A stretch of 64,000 bases of DNA, from assembly GCA_038109055.1 (NCBI GenBank), contig JAYNIM010000001.1:71045-135044 (forward strand), read 5' to 3'. Below the pieces are notes generated by a model. The model was not told where the DNA came from and made no database searches. It was given only the letters and a program-made list of their open reading frames with translations. Below are positions 9,194-19,040 of the stretch, one piece after another; the stretch's first letter is position 1; each line of letters begins with the position of its first letter. Made by a program: the position numbers and the translations under genes. The stretch is from a bacterium (GTDB taxonomy: Bacteria; Margulisbacteria; Marinamargulisbacteria; GCA-2716485; JAYNIM01).

Positions 9194-10381
9194 TTAAAGA
9201 GTGTTTTTTGTTAAGATCTTTTTTAGGGCGCTCAAGGTTAGGGAGATATCTTGTTTTGTGAGGGCAGCTGAGAGTTGTAATCGGACACGTGGCGTTTCTT
9301 TTGGAACGACGGGATAAGCGAAGGCGATGGCTAATATCTGTTGCTGTCTTAATTGTTTGGATAGAGTTAAGGCGTTTTTTGCGCTTTTGCAGAAAATCGG
9401 TATAATGGCGTGGCAGTTAGGATCGATCGAGATAGATAGTGTCGTTAACCCGTCTTTAAATAGAGAGATATTTTTCTGTAATTGTTCAATTTTTTTGTTG
9501 GATTTTTTTAATTGTTTGAGGGTGTCAATGAGTGGATAGACGAGTGGCGGTGCCAGACTATTTGAAAAAAGATAGGGACGTGATGTTTGACGTAGGTATT
9601 CGATGAGGGTGTGATGGCCAGTGACAAAACCGCCTGAAGCGCCACCCAGAGCTTTGCCAAACGTACCACTAATCAGATCGACTTGGCCAAGTAGGTTTTG
9701 AGCTTCGCTCGTTCCTCGGCCTGTGTTTCCAAGTACGCCGATGCCATGAGAATCGTCAATCATCACTAGGGCGTTGTGGTTTTTTGCTAAAGACATTAGT
9801 TTGGATAGTGGGGCTTGTTGGCCGTTCATAGAAAAAACACCGTCTGTCACGATGAGTTTTATTTTGGTGTTTTTTGCTTCTTTGAGTTGTTGTTCTAGCA
9901 TGGCCATATTACGATGTTTGTAGCGATATCGTTTGGCTTTACAAAGGCGTATTCCGTCAATAATGCAGGCGTGGTTGAGTTCGTCACTAAAGATGGCGTC
10001 ATTAGCTCCGAGTAAGGCTTCAAAAAGTCCGGCATTGGCGTCATAGCAGGACGAATAAAGGAGACTGTCTTCGCAGTGTAAAAATGAGGCGATTTCCTGT
10101 TCGAGTTCCTTGTGAATGCGTTGGGTTCCACAGATAAAGCGTACGGATGCCATGCCATACCCCCATTGTTTGACGGCCTTTAGACAGCTTTTTTTACTTT
10201 GTTCATCTGCAGCTAAGCCGAGATAGTTGTTGCTACATAAGTTAAGATATTTTTGCTTGTCACTGAGTGTTACCCAGGCACCTTGTTGGCTGAGAATCTC
10301 TTCTTCATGTTTATAAAGAGACGCTTTTTTTAAGTTTGCTATAGACTCTTTAAAATAGCTGTTTGTTTCTTTATCCAACAT
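9194..10381 (-). CDS. kbl: Glycine C-acetyltransferase (2-amino-3-ketobutyrate CoA ligase)
   Basis: NLCSNNYLGLA, GYGMASVRFICGTQ, SDELNHACIIDG and TFGKALGGASGG (PLP lysine). Confidence 0.95.
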   Translation of the reverse strand: MLDKETNSYFKESIANLKKASLYKHEEEILSQQGAWVTLSDKQKYLNLCSNNYLGLAADEQSKKSCLKAVKQWGYGMASVRFICGTQRIHKELEQEIASFLHCEDSLLYSSCYDANAGLFEALLGANDAIFSDELNHACIIDGIRLCKAKRYRYKHRNMAMLEQQLKEAKNTKIKLIVTDGVFSMNGQQAPLSKLMSLAKNHNALVMIDDSHGIGVLGNTGRGTSEAQNLLGQVDLISGTFGKALGGASGGFVTGHHTLIEYLRQTSRPYLFSNSLAPPLVYPLIDTLKQLKKSNKKIEQLQKNISLFKDGLTTLSISIDPNCHAIIPIFCKSAKNALTLSKQLRQQQILAIAFAYPVVPKETPRVRLQLSAALTKQDISLTLSALKKILTKNTL

Positions 10382-10384
10382 GTA

Positions 10385-11422
10385 TTAGTTCCAATTTAAA
10401 AGTATTTTTCCACAGTTTCCAGAGGCCATTAGTGAAAAGGCTTTTTGATAGTCCTTTGCGGCAAATTCGTGTGTTACGAGGGGGAGTGGGTTGAATCCTT
10501 GTGATAAATAATGATCGAGTTGCTGCCATGTTTTAAATATTTCACGGCCGTATAAACAATGTATATTTAGGTTTTTGAAAATGAGTGAGGGCCAGTTTAT
10601 TTGGCTCTGGTTCGGCAGTATTCCCATTATAATAATTTGTGAACCGGGATTTAGATTTTTAACTAGTTTTTCTAATGCGGATGTTTTGCCAGACATTTCA
10701 AAGCCAATATTCCAGCCCTTTTTTGGTTTTTTTAAACGTGTTTTTGGGGAGGCTATTTGTGTGGCACCTAGTTTTTTTGCGAGTTTTTGGCGGTAGGTAT
10801 TTGGTTCAATGATCGTAACGGAGTTTGCTTTTAGAAAGAGGCATAGCATCATCGTAGCTAGTCCGATAGGCCCTGCCCCTGTGATTAGGATATCTTGGTT
10901 GTAAATGTCTGTTCTAGATGTGGCATATAGGGCGTTTCCTAGAGCATCAGCAAAGGCCATGATTTTGGGGTCAATGTGAGGGCAGGCCCATAGATTGCTT
11001 TCGGGGACACAGACGAATTCTGCCATTGCGCCATTTGTATGTATACCTAAGCCTTTTGTGTTTGGGCACAGGTGATAGTTTTTATTAGCACATTGATCAC
11101 ATTTTTTACAAAATAAATGGGCTTCGGCTGAGACGATGTTATTTGTTTTTTGTGTTGTTACTTTTGAGCCTATTTTTACAATTTTACCCACAAATTCATG
11201 TCCAATGGTTTGTGGAAGTGATAACACACTTTTTGCCCAAGGAGTGTAGTTGTATAAACTTAGATCTGTACCACAAATGCCTGTTTTTAGTACCTTGATA
11301 AGGACCTCGTTGGATTTGGGGATGGGGATGTCTTTGTGACAGAGGTTTAGGCCTGGTTTTGGTTTGCATTTGCAGAGTGTTTGCATGCGTGGTTGTTGAT
11401 TTTTTGCATGTATAGATTGCAT
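10385..11422 (-). CDS. tdh: L-threonine 3-dehydrogenase (Zn-MDR); start may be ATG 11386
   Basis: ICGTD, GHEFVG, CxxCxxC...C structural Zn site, ITGAGPIG, YGREIFKTW and SGNCGKILL; adjacent to kbl. Confidence 0.92.
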   Translation of the reverse strand: MQSIHAKNQQPRMQTLCKCKPKPGLNLCHKDIPIPKSNEVLIKVLKTGICGTDLSLYNYTPWAKSVLSLPQTIGHEFVGKIVKIGSKVTTQKTNNIVSAEAHLFCKKCDQCANKNYHLCPNTKGLGIHTNGAMAEFVCVPESNLWACPHIDPKIMAFADALGNALYATSRTDIYNQDILITGAGPIGLATMMLCLFLKANSVTIIEPNTYRQKLAKKLGATQIASPKTRLKKPKKGWNIGFEMSGKTSALEKLVKNLNPGSQIIIMGILPNQSQINWPSLIFKNLNIHCLYGREIFKTWQQLDHYLSQGFNPLPLVTHEFAAKDYQKAFSLMASGNCGKILLNWN

Positions 11423-11497
11423 ATGAGGGTTATACCCATTTATGGGGGAGTTAAAACGTTATTCTTTTGTTGTTGGAGGAATAGATAATTTTAACGT

Positions 11498-12766
11498 TTA
11501 ATTGAGAACCGTCTGTATGATTTCGCAGTGTTTTTCTAAACTTCCTTTAGAGGCTTGAAGGAGCTTTTTTGCCTTTGTAGCCGTTTCTTGACGTATTCTA
11601 TTGTTTTGGATGAGTTGTAGACTGATGGATTCAAGATCGTTTGTGTGTGTTAATTGATGGATGGCTTTGTTGATTTTAAAGGTGTTACAGATGCTTTTAT
11701 AGTGATCCATATAGGGGCCAACTAGAATACATTTTTCTAGGGCAGCAGGTTCGAGGATATTGTGACCACCGATAGGGACTAGTGAGCCGCCTACAAAGAT
11801 GAGATCTGCACAGGCACAAAAGGGAATCGCTTCACCTAAGGTATCAACCAGATAGATGTCTGTTGATAAGGGGGTTTTGTTATTTGCACTATGGCATTCG
11901 ACACTTAGTTTGTTTTTTTTGCAAAAATTGAGGATGTCATTTTTTCTTTCGGGATGACGTGGAATCAAGACCAATAAAAGATTTTCTTGTGTTTTTTTGA
12001 GGGATTTTAGGGTCGTTAATAGAAGAGTTTCTTCGCCGTCTCGGGTGCTAACACAGCTGTAGATAAAGCGTTGTGGACAGCGGGTTTGTTTGAAGTCTTG
12101 CCCTTTTTTGATGGCATCTTCATTAATGCTGAGCTCAAATTTGAGATTACCACAGGTTTTAAGTTTTTCTTTGTTGACACCTAAGCTTAGAAAATGGCCT
12201 TTGTCAGTTTCACTTTGGCTGAGGATGTAATGGCAGTGATTGAGGGTTTTTCTCGCTAAGCCTTTGATACGCTGATAGTGTTGGACAGATTTTTTATCAA
12301 TGCGGGCATTGGCAAGTATAATGGGGATTTTTTTATTTGCAAGAATGTGGTAGAGGTTGGGCCATAGTTCTTTTTCCATGACGAGGAGTAAGGTTGGCTT
12401 AAAGTGATGGATGAAGCGATGGATGACTGGGGGTAGATCAAAAGGGAAATAGCTATGGGTGATCTTTTTTGTATAGGTTGTTGTGATAAAGTCTGCACCA
12501 CTTGGTGTGGTGGTGGTGATGAGGATGTGTTTGTTTGGGTAGGTGGTAATAAGCCAGTCGATTAAGGTTGTCATGCCTTTTGCCTCACCAAAGGAGGCTG
12601 TATGGATCCATATGCAGGGTTTTTTAGGCATTTTTTGGGTGTAAAACCCTATGCGCTCTGAGAAACGTTGGTTGCAACTGGTGTGTGTTTTGTATTTTCG
12701 GCGTAGGTAATTTGCATAGATGGGGTAGCTTAGAAATAGTAAAAGGGTATAAAGATATCTTAGCAT
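11498..12766 (-). CDS. waaA: Kdo transferase
   Basis: IWIHTASFGE, TTTTPSG, PFDLP, EKELWPN, PRHPER and FVGGSLVPIGGHNILEPA. Confidence 0.95.
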   Translation of the reverse strand: MLRYLYTLLLFLSYPIYANYLRRKYKTHTSCNQRFSERIGFYTQKMPKKPCIWIHTASFGEAKGMTTLIDWLITTYPNKHILITTTTPSGADFITTTYTKKITHSYFPFDLPPVIHRFIHHFKPTLLLVMEKELWPNLYHILANKKIPIILANARIDKKSVQHYQRIKGLARKTLNHCHYILSQSETDKGHFLSLGVNKEKLKTCGNLKFELSINEDAIKKGQDFKQTRCPQRFIYSCVSTRDGEETLLLTTLKSLKKTQENLLLVLIPRHPERKNDILNFCKKNKLSVECHSANNKTPLSTDIYLVDTLGEAIPFCACADLIFVGGSLVPIGGHNILEPAALEKCILVGPYMDHYKSICNTFKINKAIHQLTHTNDLESISLQLIQNNRIRQETATKAKKLLQASKGSLEKHCEIIQTVLN

Positions 12767-13887
12767 AGGGAATGTTTGTTGATATGTTTCGCGACTTTTT
12801 GTGTAGCGCCAGGTTTGCCAAAATGTACTTTTAATTTCTTGAGTTTATTTTTACATGTATTGTACTTCGTGGGGTTGTCTAGCAGATTTAAGGCTTCTTT
12901 GTAGAGACTTTGAGGGGTTGCTTTGTCTTGAACACATTCTGGAAAGATGATTTCTTGGCTTAGGATATTTGGCCAACTAATAAATTTTTGAATTTGATAT
13001 CTTTTTTTAACTAGCGCAAATGAGATAGGGTGGGCTTTGTAGGTGATAATACAAGGTGTTTCTAATAAAATATGTTCAATTGAAATGCTGCCAGAACAAG
13101 CCATAGAAAAGTGTGCTCGTTGAATAAGATTTTTGGCTGATTCTGTATAGAAGGCATGGTTTTTTAGGGGGTATTTTTGGGATATTTTTTTTATGGTTTT
13201 ATCGAAATGTGGCGCTGAAATGGAGCTTATAAAATAGAGGTTTGGATGTGTTTTTTCTAGTTTTTGGGCGCATTGGCAGAGGATGGGGTATATTTTTTTA
13301 ACTTCTTGTTGGCGTGATCCAGGAAAAAGGGCGATGACTTTTTTGGAGGTTGTTGGAAGGGAACTTGTTTTTTGAGGACTTTCTTTATTTAAAATATCGA
13401 GCAGCGGGTGTCCAAAATAATGATAAGGATGTTGTTTTTTTTGATAAAAATCAGCTTCTATTTGGAAGGCAGGATAGACATGTATATTTTTGTTTAGGGG
13501 TTGATATTGTTTGTAGAGCCACCATTTTGTGGGTGTGACATAGTAACTTAGGGGAATGTTTTTTTCTTGGCAAAGTCTTAAAAAGGGGTCGTTTAATACG
13601 CGACAATCAATCGCAATAAATAGGTCGATTTTGTTTTTTTTTAGCCATTTTTTTACTTTTTTGAGTTGGAATAATAAAAAAGGAAGTTTACTTAGTGATT
13701 CGATAAGGCCGATACTGCTATATGGGGTTATATCACATAATAAATGGATACCTGCTGCTTTCATTTTCTTTCCGCCAATTCCGACGCCTTCTATATTAGG
13801 GTTTTCCTGTTTTAATTTTTGAAATAACTCAGCGCTTAATTGATCGCCAGAATGTTCGCCTGCTGATAAAAATATGCGTTTTCTCAT
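12760..13887 (-). CDS. lpxB: Lipid A disaccharide synthase
   Basis: SAGEHSGD, GIGG, FGHPL, FPGSR and PNIL...PECVQ. Confidence 0.92.
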   Translation of the reverse strand: MRKRIFLSAGEHSGDQLSAELFQKLKQENPNIEGVGIGGKKMKAAGIHLLCDITPYSSIGLIESLSKLPFLLFQLKKVKKWLKKNKIDLFIAIDCRVLNDPFLRLCQEKNIPLSYYVTPTKWWLYKQYQPLNKNIHVYPAFQIEADFYQKKQHPYHYFGHPLLDILNKESPQKTSSLPTTSKKVIALFPGSRQQEVKKIYPILCQCAQKLEKTHPNLYFISSISAPHFDKTIKKISQKYPLKNHAFYTESAKNLIQRAHFSMACSGSISIEHILLETPCIITYKAHPISFALVKKRYQIQKFISWPNILSQEIIFPECVQDKATPQSLYKEALNLLDNPTKYNTCKNKLKKLKVHFGKPGATQKVAKHINKHSLC

Positions 13888-13896
13888 CTCTTTATC

Positions 13897-14925
13897 TTAG
13901 CATAAAAGTATGCTGTCTAAGCTTTTTTTAAGATAGAGAAGGTCGTTTTTTGGCATGGTGATTTTTATATGGATAACGAGTAATTTTTGTTTGAATTGTT
14001 TTGTGTTTATTTTAGTCAGATCTTTTTGGGTGCATATAATATAGTCGCTGTTTGTGGATTGTTTGTTAAGGATTGCTATATCTTTTTTTGAATATTGGTG
14101 ATGATCTGGGTAAGGGATAAAATGTTGTATCTGGCACTTGAGATCTAGGAGAGTTTTTTTGAATGAGTTTGGATTTCCAATGCCACAGAATGCTGTTATA
14201 TTTTTGTTTTGCAGGGTTTCTTTTTTAATTGGGTAGTTCTTTGTTTTATCGTAGCAAATAAGTGTGTCGAGTGTATGCATCGCTTTTAAAAGGGGGATTT
14301 TTGGACAGTGTTTAGTGAGTGTTTTGTGTATTTGTGTGAGTGTTTGAGGGTTACCTTCATCATATTTACTTAGGATAATAATATCGCTGCGGTTAAGGTT
14401 TTTGAGAGGCTCTCTGAGGAGTCCTGCGGGTAATAAATGATTGTTAGAAAAAGGGTTTTGACAATCAATGAGGACAATATTTAGGTTTCTTTTTATTTGA
14501 AGATGTTGAAAACCATCATCTAAGAGGATATAGTCTGAGTTGTTTTTTTTGAAAAATGTGCGACAGGCTTGGATACGATTTTTTTGAGCGATTCGTTGGG
14601 TGTTTTTTAATTGTAAGTGGTTAATATTTTCATCGTCATTATCTTGTTTTTTTTTGTAACCGCGACTTAGGATGAGTGTTTTTTTATTTTGTAAAAGTGT
14701 ACATAGAAATATGACAAAAGGGCTTTTCCCAGTTCCCCCACAGGTGATGTTACCAACACTAATTACAGGGCAAGGTGCTTGATAACTTTTTTTTATTTGG
14801 AATTTATATAGGAGGATTCTGCTAGTTATGAGTGCACGATATAGAAGGGATATACTGTATAATAATGGAAAAATATAGGGAGGGAATGGGGGCTTATTTT
14901 TGTTTGTTTTGATCATTTTCTGCAA
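13897..14925 (-). CDS. lpxK: Tetraacyldisaccharide 4'-kinase
   Basis: [38 protein letters not shown] and PDHH. Confidence 0.95.
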   Translation of the reverse strand: MQKMIKTNKNKPPFPPYIFPLLYSISLLYRALITSRILLYKFQIKKSYQAPCPVISVGNITCGGTGKSPFVIFLCTLLQNKKTLILSRGYKKKQDNDDENINHLQLKNTQRIAQKNRIQACRTFFKKNNSDYILLDDGFQHLQIKRNLNIVLIDCQNPFSNNHLLPAGLLREPLKNLNRSDIIILSKYDEGNPQTLTQIHKTLTKHCPKIPLLKAMHTLDTLICYDKTKNYPIKKETLQNKNITAFCGIGNPNSFKKTLLDLKCQIQHFIPYPDHHQYSKKDIAILNKQSTNSDYIICTQKDLTKINTKQFKQKLLVIHIKITMPKNDLLYLKKSLDSILLC

Positions 14926-15961
14926 TCAGGCTAGTTACTTTTATGCGAAGCTTTTCTACTTGTTTTGTTAAGCTGCAGTTCTTTAAATACTCGGTTAATT
15001 TGACACAGGGGTCACCTGCATAGGTGCCACTTTCTGTAATGGTTTTTCTAACGCAGGAACGGCCTGCAATGATGGTGTTTTTTGCGATTCTAATATTATC
15101 TACAATCCCCACTTTTGCAGCAATAGTAACATTGTCTTCGATGATGGTTGAGCCACCTATGCCTGAGCAGCCACACATAATGACATGTTTTCCTATTTCA
15201 ACATTATGGCCAATTTGGCATTGATTATCTATTTTTGTGCCTTCTCCAATGATGGTGTTTTGTAATCTTCCACGATCAATAGAACTGTTTGCCCCTATAC
15301 AAACATGGTCATGAATTGTGACATTGCCTATATGGGGAATGTAGGTGAGGGTATTGTCTTTTTCTCTTAAGTAGTTAAACCCGTCATTGCCGATACTTGT
15401 GTTTGTATCAATGAACACGTGGTTTCCAATAATGGTATCCTCGCTTATGGAACTATTACTTTTGAGTGTACAGTGATGGCCTATCGTACAATTTTTTTCT
15501 ATGACTGTGTTTGCCTCTATAATGCTGTGTTCGCCGATGTGACAATTTTCATTGATTACAACATGATGTCCAATGTAACAGCTTTGGGGGATGGTGACAG
15601 AGGGATGCACATAACTGCTTGTTTCGACACCTTTTTTTCTGGAGTTTTTATTTTTTAATATATAGCTCTCGATGATGCTTTTGGATAATAAAAGTGGATT
15701 GTTTGTACTTACAACATTTTTTAAATGAGATAGATCTTCTTGTTCCAAGCTTTGTGGAATAATGACGAGTGTTACTTTTTTTTCTTTTAATAGGTTTAGA
15801 TCCTTTTTTGAATACGCAAAGGTTAGATCATGTTCTTCACAATAACGTACGGTTTGTATTCGTTTAATGTAGGCACTATTGCCTTTGATGTAGGCTAATT
15901 CATGTTTATTTTTTAGTTTTTCAAATATTTCTTTAAATTCTCTGTTTAAATGTTTGATCAT
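14894..15961 (-). CDS. lpxD: UDP-3-O-acyl-glucosamine N-acyltransferase
   Basis: Hexapeptide repeats, [18 protein letters not shown] and [13 protein letters not shown]. Confidence 0.93.
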   Translation of the reverse strand: MIKHLNREFKEIFEKLKNKHELAYIKGNSAYIKRIQTVRYCEEHDLTFAYSKKDLNLLKEKKVTLVIIPQSLEQEDLSHLKNVVSTNNPLLLSKSIIESYILKNKNSRKKGVETSSYVHPSVTIPQSCYIGHHVVINENCHIGEHSIIEANTVIEKNCTIGHHCTLKSNSSISEDTIIGNHVFIDTNTSIGNDGFNYLREKDNTLTYIPHIGNVTIHDHVCIGANSSIDRGRLQNTIIGEGTKIDNQCQIGHNVEIGKHVIMCGCSGIGGSTIIEDNVTIAAKVGIVDNIRIAKNTIIAGRSCVRKTITESGTYAGDPCVKLTEYLKNCSLTKQVEKLRIKVTSLIAENDQNKQK

Positions 15962-17115
15962 ATTTTTTTTTGCTCTTTTACCAAGTGATAGAATAGATAT
16001 CCTGCTAATGTAAGAATAATACTAAATAAGATATAACTTTCTTTGGGATATTTAAGTACAATTAAAAATGCGAGGAACGGTCCTAATATTCGACTTAAAC
16101 TACCGATGCTTTCATAAAGGCCCATTGTAGCGCCTAATTGGTCTTTCTCAGTTTTAGTTGATAATAGTGCGGGTAAATAGGAATTAATTAAGCCAATTCC
16201 TAAGGATAATAGAGCAAGTGATATGTATAACAGGGGAATGGTTGTGCTGAGAGCGATAAATAGGAATGAGATCGCTGTTATTGCGAAGGCAAAGGTCAGA
16301 AGGCCTGTAAACTGTTTGATGGATTTTCTTGCTATGCTGCCTTGTATAAGGATTGCTAGGATTCCTACGTACATAAATAATAAACTGTTTTGTTTTTCGT
16401 TGAAGTTAAATATCTGGTGGGTAAATAGTGAAAAGGTGCTTTCAAAGCCTGAAAAAACCATCATGTAGATGAAATAACTTAGTAAAATACCTAAAATACT
16501 TTTTTTGTGTATGGATAATATATTTCTAAATGGGAGGCGTTCTTTGTTTGCTTTGTGACTGTTTGGTTCTTTCAGAATAAAGACTGTTAATAGAAAGGCA
16601 ATGAATGATAAGGCGCCTGCGACAAATGCAGGTAGGGTATGCCCGTATTTGCTTCCGTATAATAGCCCACCTAAGGCAGGGCCTAGCACGAAACCTAAGC
16701 CAAAACTTATGCCTATGATGGCCATGCCTTTACCTCTGTTTTTTTCTGTCGTTATATCGCTGATGTATGCGCGTGCTACGGCGATGTTTCCGCCAGTAAA
16801 ACCATCTAATAAACGTGCTATCAAGAACAATCCAAAACTTTGGCTTAAGCCTAGAACTATATAGGCAATAACGCTCCCAAATTTACTGATAAGGAGGACT
16901 GGTTTACGGCCAATTTTATCAGACCAGCTGCCTAAAATTGGGGCTGCGATAAATTGTGCAAATGAATAGGACGCCATTAGTATACCGATGAGAAATGGGC
17001 TACTTTCAAATTTGAAGGCAATTTGGGGAAGTATTGGGATGATAAGACCGAATCCAATAAGTTCTGTTGCTACAACAGCAAATAGACTTATTAATGCTTT
17101 TTTTTCTGTTGACAT
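15958..17115 (-). CDS. MFS transporter, TetA/DHA1-like
   Basis: About 12 TM helices, motif [22 protein letters not shown] and [10 protein letters not shown]. Confidence 0.9.
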   Translation of the reverse strand: MSTEKKALISLFAVVATELIGFGLIIPILPQIAFKFESSPFLIGILMASYSFAQFIAAPILGSWSDKIGRKPVLLISKFGSVIAYIVLGLSQSFGLFLIARLLDGFTGGNIAVARAYISDITTEKNRGKGMAIIGISFGLGFVLGPALGGLLYGSKYGHTLPAFVAGALSFIAFLLTVFILKEPNSHKANKERLPFRNILSIHKKSILGILLSYFIYMMVFSGFESTFSLFTHQIFNFNEKQNSLLFMYVGILAILIQGSIARKSIKQFTGLLTFAFAITAISFLFIALSTTIPLLYISLALLSLGIGLINSYLPALLSTKTEKDQLGATMGLYESIGSLSRILGPFLAFLIVLKYPKESYILFSIILTLAGYLFYHLVKEQKKI

Positions 17116-17165
17116 GGTCGTTTATGGTACCGTGTATTTGTAAACTAGACTAGTTTTTACTCTTT

Positions 17166-17591
17166 TTGTTTGATACTATTTTGTCAGTAATGGTGTATCG
17201 TCGTCCTTATATAACTTTTTTCTTCGGCTTTTGTTTAGGCTTTTTTGTTTCGTGTGTGACTATTTCTGTTCATCGTTTTTTAGAATATTATCATGATTTG
17301 CGTTTTTATGAACTTAATGTGATTTCTGTGACCTTGGCTAGTTTTGGAGCGTGTTTTTTAGGTACAATTTTGTATGCTTGGTTAAAGACCTTTTTTTCTA
17401 AACCTTGGTTGATTTTTGCCTGTATTTGTTTTGGCTTTGCTATTTTAGATTCATGCTGGGTGTTGTTGATGTATCCAGTTTCTGGATTTGCAAAATTGGC
17501 GAATCCCTTGCACTTTGTTGTTAGTGGGTTACTAGTTGTTTTGCTTCCATTTGTTGATCGTTTTTCTTCAAAAACTTTTTCTAAGTTTTAG
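17166..17591 (+). CDS. Hypothetical membrane protein (about 4 TM)
   Basis: Hydrophobic 141-aa ORF filling the gap between MFS and wzi on the opposite strand; start uncertain. Confidence 0.55.
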   Translation: MFDTILSVMVYRRPYITFFFGFCLGFFVSCVTISVHRFLEYYHDLRFYELNVISVTLASFGACFLGTILYAWLKTFFSKPWLIFACICFGFAILDSCWVLLMYPVSGFAKLANPLHFVVSGLLVVLLPFVDRFSSKTFSKF

Positions 17592-19040
17592 ATTTAGAAT
17601 AGCTGTATAGCCTCCAGGTCTATCTGTTTGATCGTTTCTTAAACTGAAGGGATAATAGTATCGGTTGATTGTTATGTCTGCGTCAAGAATGAGGAGGCCG
17701 ATTTTTTTTGATGTTCCAATGGTTAAGGTGAGGTGTTCTTTTTCAACTGATCTATCGGACAGTAGGAGATTTTTTTGTATATATCTGGTAATGAGTCGAT
17801 ATTCACCTTCTTGTTTGGGATAGATAATGCCTAAGCTAAAGATTTGTGAATCTCCTTTTATTGTATGGCCTAAGCTTTTGTTATAATACGTATAACCATT
17901 TGGATATATCGGATGGTTGTAAGCAACCCCAGGATGTGGGCCGAAGCCCAAATAGCTTGATTTACAAAGGGTGTTTGAAAACTCAAGAAAATAGTTGTAG
18001 TTTTTATGTTTTCCTTCAAGCCCGTGAGTGCGAATAAATTTGAAGGGATATAGACCATTTTTGAAATCCTCTCCTGTCCATTGACTGTAGAGGGCATGCT
18101 TTTTTTGATTCACTGTAAATTGCCATCTAAAATCTATGGATGCATTTTGGTTGCCAGGTTCATTTTCTTTGCTAAGACTATTGTTTGGTAGGACATTATC
18201 TCTGCCAAAAAACATATTAATAAATGTTTGTGCGTCTACTTTGCGATTTCCACCTCCAAACATGGCTATTCGACTTAGGCCGAGTGTTAAGGTAGGGTGG
18301 GGAAAGAAATTGATTCGCATACCATGAAAAAAAGGACTAGGGGTAGCTCTTTCTTTTTCAAGTTTTCCTAAAAATGTACGTATTGTCCAAGGCCCCAGTT
18401 TAGATAGATATTTATTTTTAAAAGAGCTAGGGGTATTTTTGTGAATAAATACATGAGGGAAAGGTTTTGCATTTGTTGATAAATTTAGACTGCTCTCCCA
18501 ACTAGGTCCCCAACTTTGTTCAAAGCTGCCATAGCCAATAGCCCATTTTTTTATTTTTCTGATTATATAGCTATTATCATAAGCTAGTTCTTTTTTGTTG
18601 TTCCAATCTTTTTGTATGTTTAGACTTAAATTCGCATGGTATTTTTTATAGGATTTTGGGAGGTTAATTTTTAGTCGGTTATTTACCTGTGTTGCGTTTA
18701 AAAAATAAGTAAAGAAATCCTGTGATTTATGTTGTATTTCTATGTTTCCTAAATTATTGTGAGGCTGATGGACTATTTTTTTTAGTTTGTTGACTGCTTT
18801 TTTTTGATCGAAGTTTAAGTCGTTTTGATTGATGTTTTGATAGGCATCTCTTAAAACCGTTAGGTCTATGGGATAGCTGTTGATGTCTATTTTTATAATG
18901 TTTTGGTCGTTTAAATAATGGAGAAGATAGCGCTCAGAATAGGTGTTTGGGGTCCAGAAAAAAGCGTGATTATTTGCTTGTATTAGAACTGTATTTATTA
19001 ATATGGATAGAACTAAAAAAAAAAAATTATGTTGTTTCAT
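17568..19040 (-). CDS. wzi: Capsule assembly Wzi-family outer-membrane protein
   Basis: Signal peptide from ATG 19040, WGPSWESSLNLSTNAKP, LGLSRIAMFGG, EPGNQNASIDFR and AYNHPIYPNGYTYYNKSLGH; ends in F. Confidence 0.85.
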   Translation of the reverse strand: MKQHNFFFLVLSILINTVLIQANNHAFFWTPNTYSERYLLHYLNDQNIIKIDINSYPIDLTVLRDAYQNINQNDLNFDQKKAVNKLKKIVHQPHNNLGNIEIQHKSQDFFTYFLNATQVNNRLKINLPKSYKKYHANLSLNIQKDWNNKKELAYDNSYIIRKIKKWAIGYGSFEQSWGPSWESSLNLSTNAKPFPHVFIHKNTPSSFKNKYLSKLGPWTIRTFLGKLEKERATPSPFFHGMRINFFPHPTLTLGLSRIAMFGGGNRKVDAQTFINMFFGRDNVLPNNSLSKENEPGNQNASIDFRWQFTVNQKKHALYSQWTGEDFKNGLYPFKFIRTHGLEGKHKNYNYFLEFSNTLCKSSYLGFGPHPGVAYNHPIYPNGYTYYNKSLGHTIKGDSQIFSLGIIYPKQEGEYRLITRYIQKNLLLSDRSVEKEHLTLTIGTSKKIGLLILDADITINRYYYPFSLRNDQTDRPGGYTAILNLKLRKSF

